DNA of 64,000 bases from a virus. Of this stretch, positions 60,181 through 64,000 are shown in pieces; the stretch's first letter is position 1; every line of letters starts with the position of its first letter. The translations under genes and the position numbers were made by a program. The stretch is taken from the IMG/VR virus record IMGVR_UViG_3300023440_000001, positions 32,001-96,000 of that record; one strand, given 5' to 3'. The notes beneath the pieces were generated by a model. It saw nothing but the letters and a program-made list of their open reading frames with translations, was not told the DNA's origin and searched no databases.

Positions 60181-61023
60181 ATGAGTCATCCGCTTTTTGT
60201 GAAAGGTTACTTCAAATCTATTCCTCTTAATATGTTGGATAACTCTGATAACCGTGATATCAATGATAACAATATCAAGAAGTTGCTTCAAGACTTGCTT
60301 AATGGTGGTAAGTTAATTGAGCGACCGATTGTCCGATTTAATCCCAAGATAGGTAAGTATAAAATCGAAGATGGTGGTCATCGTGTTGCACTGGTAGAAT
60401 GGTTTAACGTCCTGCGTCCAGAACATGCTGTTAGCGATATTGAGTGCTTTGTTATCACTGATGATGAAGTACCAACTGAATATGTTCAGGAAAAGACTTA
60501 CTCCCGGAAGAATCCTACTCTGGAAGAAGTCTTGTGCCGCCCTGCGGTTCATAATCTGGATATATTGCTAGATATTCATAAGTTCTTAATTGCCAAAGGC
60601 TTTTACAATCTCTTATCGAATCGTAGCTCAACTATTATCAAGCACTTTGGTCGGTTAACAACTAAGCTTATTCTGTATTCTAATGGGCAGTTAACGAATA
60701 AGCTTGGTGAGATCAAGGAGCTGGTTAGTAAATACAATGAAGATGCTTTATGGAGCTCTGCACAACAATTACTTGCAGTATTCAACTCCATTAAAGATGC
60801 TCCCGTCTTTCATAATAGTCGTGTTAATCGTATTCACTATCAGATCATAGCTTATGCTATGTCTATTGCTCCGATGGATTTCATTACCAAAGTGTATTAT
60901 AGTTTAGATTATCTGGCCGATCATGGTCATGGTCTCAGTCGTTTAGCTCCTGCCTGGCAAGAGCAGGTAGAAGTTGCTTCAAGATATAATAGAGAGGTAG
61001 CTCTCTTTGTTGAGGCAGTGTAG
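60181..61023 (+). CDS. ParB/Srx N-terminal-like protein
   Basis: NRDIN, PIV, IEDGGHRV. Confidence 0.6.
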   Translation: MSHPLFVKGYFKSIPLNMLDNSDNRDINDNNIKKLLQDLLNGGKLIERPIVRFNPKIGKYKIEDGGHRVALVEWFNVLRPEHAVSDIECFVITDDEVPTEYVQEKTYSRKNPTLEEVLCRPAVHNLDILLDIHKFLIAKGFYNLLSNRSSTIIKHFGRLTTKLILYSNGQLTNKLGEIKELVSKYNEDALWSSAQQLLAVFNSIKDAPVFHNSRVNRIHYQIIAYAMSIAPMDFITKVYYSLDYLADHGHGLSRLAPAWQEQVEVASRYNREVALFVEAV

Positions 61024-61119
61024 ACTCCCAGTCTACACTGCCACTTTCTATTCACTCCCTGTGACATATCTATTCATGCTATATTCTCCATCGTATGTAA
61101 ACAATGGAGGAAGCGTTCT

Positions 61120-61311
61120 ATGGTTTATACAGTTAAGTGTGCCAGCTGTGGTAAGACGTCTGATGTCTTCGTTCATACCTATGATGCTAGACTGACCTGT
61201 CCGAACTGTGGTAGCGAGTCTGTTACCAGGCAATTCGGTCAGCCGGGTCTAATATTCAAAGGCGAAGGCTTCTATGTAACGGATTACAAACGGAAGGGTA
61301 AAGAACGGTGA
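61120..61311 (+). CDS. FmdB-family Zn ribbon
   Basis: CASC...CPNCG, FKGEGFYVTDY. Confidence 0.85.
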   Translation: MVYTVKCASCGKTSDVFVHTYDARLTCPNCGSESVTRQFGQPGLIFKGEGFYVTDYKRKGKER

Positions 61312-61966
61312 TCTATATTATCACCAACAACTATCAATCTGCCAAAGCGTTCGCTTATTCCCGAAACTGGGCACTGAACAGTTATCGAATTATAACAACC
61401 GAGACAGAGTTACATGGGCTAAAGTTTGATAAGTCAGATGAATTCTATGTAGTTGAGGTGCCGGATCAGGAGCCAATTAGTCCCGGCGTCTTTCTCCGTT
61501 TACAGTTTGAAATGGAGAAGATCAAGTCTGAATTGGATTTGCTTTCTGATTTGAAGGAGAATGTGGGAGCGGAAGACGACTTCGTTATTTAATAGAGGAG
61601 GATACTCATGGCAGTATTTGATCTGAGAACTATCTATTCCGGTAAGATCGAAGTTACCCGGAAGGAGCTAAAGGACATCAACAGAATCAGTCGTCAGGTT
61701 CACGACAACATCAAGGAAGTGTTCCTTGCTTTTCTGGAGAATCGTGAACAGGACTATGTAAGGCAGAAGATTGCAGAGCTGGCCGTTCATGAAGCTGAAT
61801 TGTCCAGTCTGGAAACCGAGATGCTTGGTAGTAATACCGACTCGATAGTAATCGAGAAGGTAAAGATGACTCTGAGTGCTGTCCGAAGAGCACAACAACG
61901 GCTGGAGAGAATCCTGAGCTCTCTGCAAAACGAAGCTAATAACGCAACCTAATGGGAGTGTCTGCG

Positions 61967-64000
61967 ATGAACTGGCAAGTAAACGATTCCAGTAAGCTGC
62001 GAGCGTTTCGAGAGAGTTTGACTGAGTGCTACTTATGCCCCCTTTACTCTGAACTGGGAAAGACTGCTGGCAGTGCCAAAGGTCTGGCCCCGGTCGTGAG
62101 TAGAGGAGAAGGTCGGGTTATGTTTATTGGTATGGCACCTTCTAATGTAGAACATAACACTGGCAAACCATTTGGTGAGGCACTTGGTGAGACGTTGGCA
62201 GAACTGATGAAGAAGCATGTGGGCCTGTTGATTGATGTGGATACATATATGACCAACCTGATCAAGTGTAATCCTTATACCAAACCGACGAATATGAAAC
62301 GTGGTCATATGCGGAACTGTTCGATTCACCTGGGAAAGGAACTGGAACTGGTGGACCCGGTAATTGTGGTGTTCATGGGTAAGGATATCTTTAATGCTAT
62401 TGGCTACGCAGATGAGCTTCCTGGTATTGGAGTGCCTTTCCAGGGAACGCTCTTTGGTAAGAAGCGCTGGATGTACGTAATGAATAATCCCGGTGTGATT
62501 ACCAAGAGTATGTCCCAGCGAAAGAGCTTTATTACTCAGCTGCGTAATCTTGCCAGGTGGTTGAAAGAGCACACGACCTTTTATCAGGATAAAGGCATGG
62601 CACCACCAGAGTTCGTGGAGTATGCCGAGCCCAGATATGTGCTGATAAATACCATTGAAAAGGCCCGCAACATGGTCAAATGGTTTAAACGCAGCGGTGC
62701 TAAATACATGGCTCTGGATACCGAAACTACCGGGCTGAATCTGTTTGACCCGAAATGGTACGTGGTTGGTGTGTCACTGTCCATTGATGAACGAGTTGGT
62801 TATTATCTACCCATTGGTCATCGTAGTCGTCCCAGCTCGCTGATTAAGAAGGATATTCAGCAGTTGACTAAAGAAGAGCTGAAGAAGATACTGGAGTACC
62901 TGCTCTTCGATCTAAAGCTCATCCCGATCTTTCATAACTACGCCTATGATTATCGGGTGTTGAAAAAGCTGGATATTCAGGTGGATAAGCTGGATCCGGA
63001 TAACAGTATCTGGTATCATGATACCATGATCCTGAGTTACCTGGAGAACGAGAACGACACGCTGGGCTTAAAAGACCTGACCTTTCGGCATTTCGGTATC
63101 CAGGCGGACAAGTTTAAAGACGTGGCTGAACATAGTAAGTTTCAGTACGTGGATCTGGAAAAGGCCACTGCTTATGCTGCGGCTGATGCAGTAAATACAC
63201 TGCGTCTGTTCAACCGGGCACGTAAGGTTGTTCATAAGGAAAGCATCACCAAGACCGGTGGAAAGCTGCTGGAACGTATCTATCCGGTTGAGTTGAAGAC
63301 TGCCCGTATCATGGCCGATGCAATTGATCTCGGTCTGGCTATTGATCTCGATTATCTGAAAGCGTTAAGACTCCGTCTGCTGAAGGAAGAGCGCGAGTTA
63401 TATGATAAACTGGATAGCTTCAATAACATTATTGATCACAGCAGCACCTATCAGCTGGACAAGTTAATGGGAAGTCTGTTGGATAATGCGTCCCGACAGA
63501 GTTATGAAGATCAGTACGGCTGGGCGGCTGACGAAGATCATCTGAAAACACTGCGAGACTTTGTGAAGAAGTCCTATGAATCCAGTAAGTTCCGCTGGAC
63601 ACCCGAGAAGCTCGATGACTATATCAAGACACTCCTGGTCTGGCGTCGAGTCAATAAGATGCTCAGTACCTACGTAGACGCTCTGATCGAGAAGCATGTG
63701 GTAGATGAAAGTGGTACCCCAATCATTCACGGTTCCTTTAAGACAATCGGAACCACCAGCGGTCGCATGTCTTCTCAGGATCCCAACCTGCAGAACCTGC
63801 CACGGGAAGCGCCCAAACCACCTAAGGTCTGTCAATACTGTGGTCATGAGACTGTTACTCTGGTAGATGGCTCCGGCCATGAGACGGTTGTCAATTGGTA
63901 TGACAGCGTGGATTCTACCGGCGGTGTTTTCACCTGTGCCAAATGCGGTAAGCAAACTTCTAACTATCAGGTGGACATTCGGCGCGCTTTCGTGGCCAGA
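61967..64000 (+). CDS. polA: Family A DNA polymerase with N-terminal UDG-like domain (partial; absent from ORF track)
   Basis: Hand translation from ATG 61967: FIGMAP/TNLIKC UDG-like domain, ALDTETTGL, FHN..YD, YAAADA exonuclease, TTSGRMSSQDPNLQNLP, DIRRAF. Confidence 0.9.
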   Translation, partial: MNWQVNDSSKLRAFRESLTECYLCPLYSELGKTAGSAKGLAPVVSRGEGRVMFIGMAPSNVEHNTGKPFGEALGETLAELMKKHVGLLIDVDTYMTNLIKCNPYTKPTNMKRGHMRNCSIHLGKELELVDPVIVVFMGKDIFNAIGYADELPGIGVPFQGTLFGKKRWMYVMNNPGVITKSMSQRKSFITQLRNLARWLKEHTTFYQDKGMAPPEFVEYAEPRYVLINTIEKARNMVKWFKRSGAKYMALDTETTGLNLFDPKWYVVGVSLSIDERVGYYLPIGHRSRPSSLIKKDIQQLTKEELKKILEYLLFDLKLIPIFHNYAYDYRVLKKLDIQVDKLDPDNSIWYHDTMILSYLENENDTLGLKDLTFRHFGIQADKFKDVAEHSKFQYVDLEKATAYAAADAVNTLRLFNRARKVVHKESITKTGGKLLERIYPVELKTARIMADAIDLGLAIDLDYLKALRLRLLKEERELYDKLDSFNNIIDHSSTYQLDKLMGSLLDNASRQSYEDQYGWAADEDHLKTLRDFVKKSYESSKFRWTPEKLDDYIKTLLVWRRVNKMLSTYVDALIEKHVVDESGTPIIHGSFKTIGTTSGRMSSQDPNLQNLPREAPKPPKVCQYCGHETVTLVDGSGHETVVNWYDSVDSTGGVFTCAKCGKQTSNYQVDIRRAFVAR

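Noticed and set aside
1-64000. Stop-codon reassignment
   Set aside because: Conserved genes read intact in the standard code and TAA, TAG and TGA all end genes

Overview
Internal 64-kb piece of a large tailed dsDNA phage that also appears to be a phage-plasmid. Left arm (1-11.3 kb, minus strand): large terminase with a mini-intein, a stand-alone decayed intein/LAGLIDADG-like ORF, ribosomal protein bS21, a probable small terminase, a metallophosphoesterase and ClpP. Next (10.7-17.4 kb): divergent XRE-HTH/PAS regulators, ParA, a repeat-rich partner, 4+4 inverted 22-bp iterons and a plasmid-type Rep. The strand-switch region (20.2-22.3 kb) holds a secreted Fn3 protein with a T9SS/FlgD-type C-terminal domain, suggesting an FCB-group host, plus structured non-coding DNA. 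The plus-strand early region starts with a candidate single-subunit two-barrel RNA polymerase with an atypical GGGDNDDG motif and two radical SAM genes. An RNA-dense segment follows, with a pistol ribozyme, anticodon-less tRNA-like elements, large structured RNAs, a Csx3/Crn3 ring nuclease and an HTH-sigma2 protein. Downstream are SSB, dNMP kinase, Rnl1/Pnkp, UDG, macro domain, beta clamp, RecA, two oversized tRNA-like RNAs, a plant-Whirly-like protein and a UDG-fused family A DNA polymerase that runs off the window. Three dispersed phage-specific motifs were read by eye. All calls come from motif recognition; no database searches were run.
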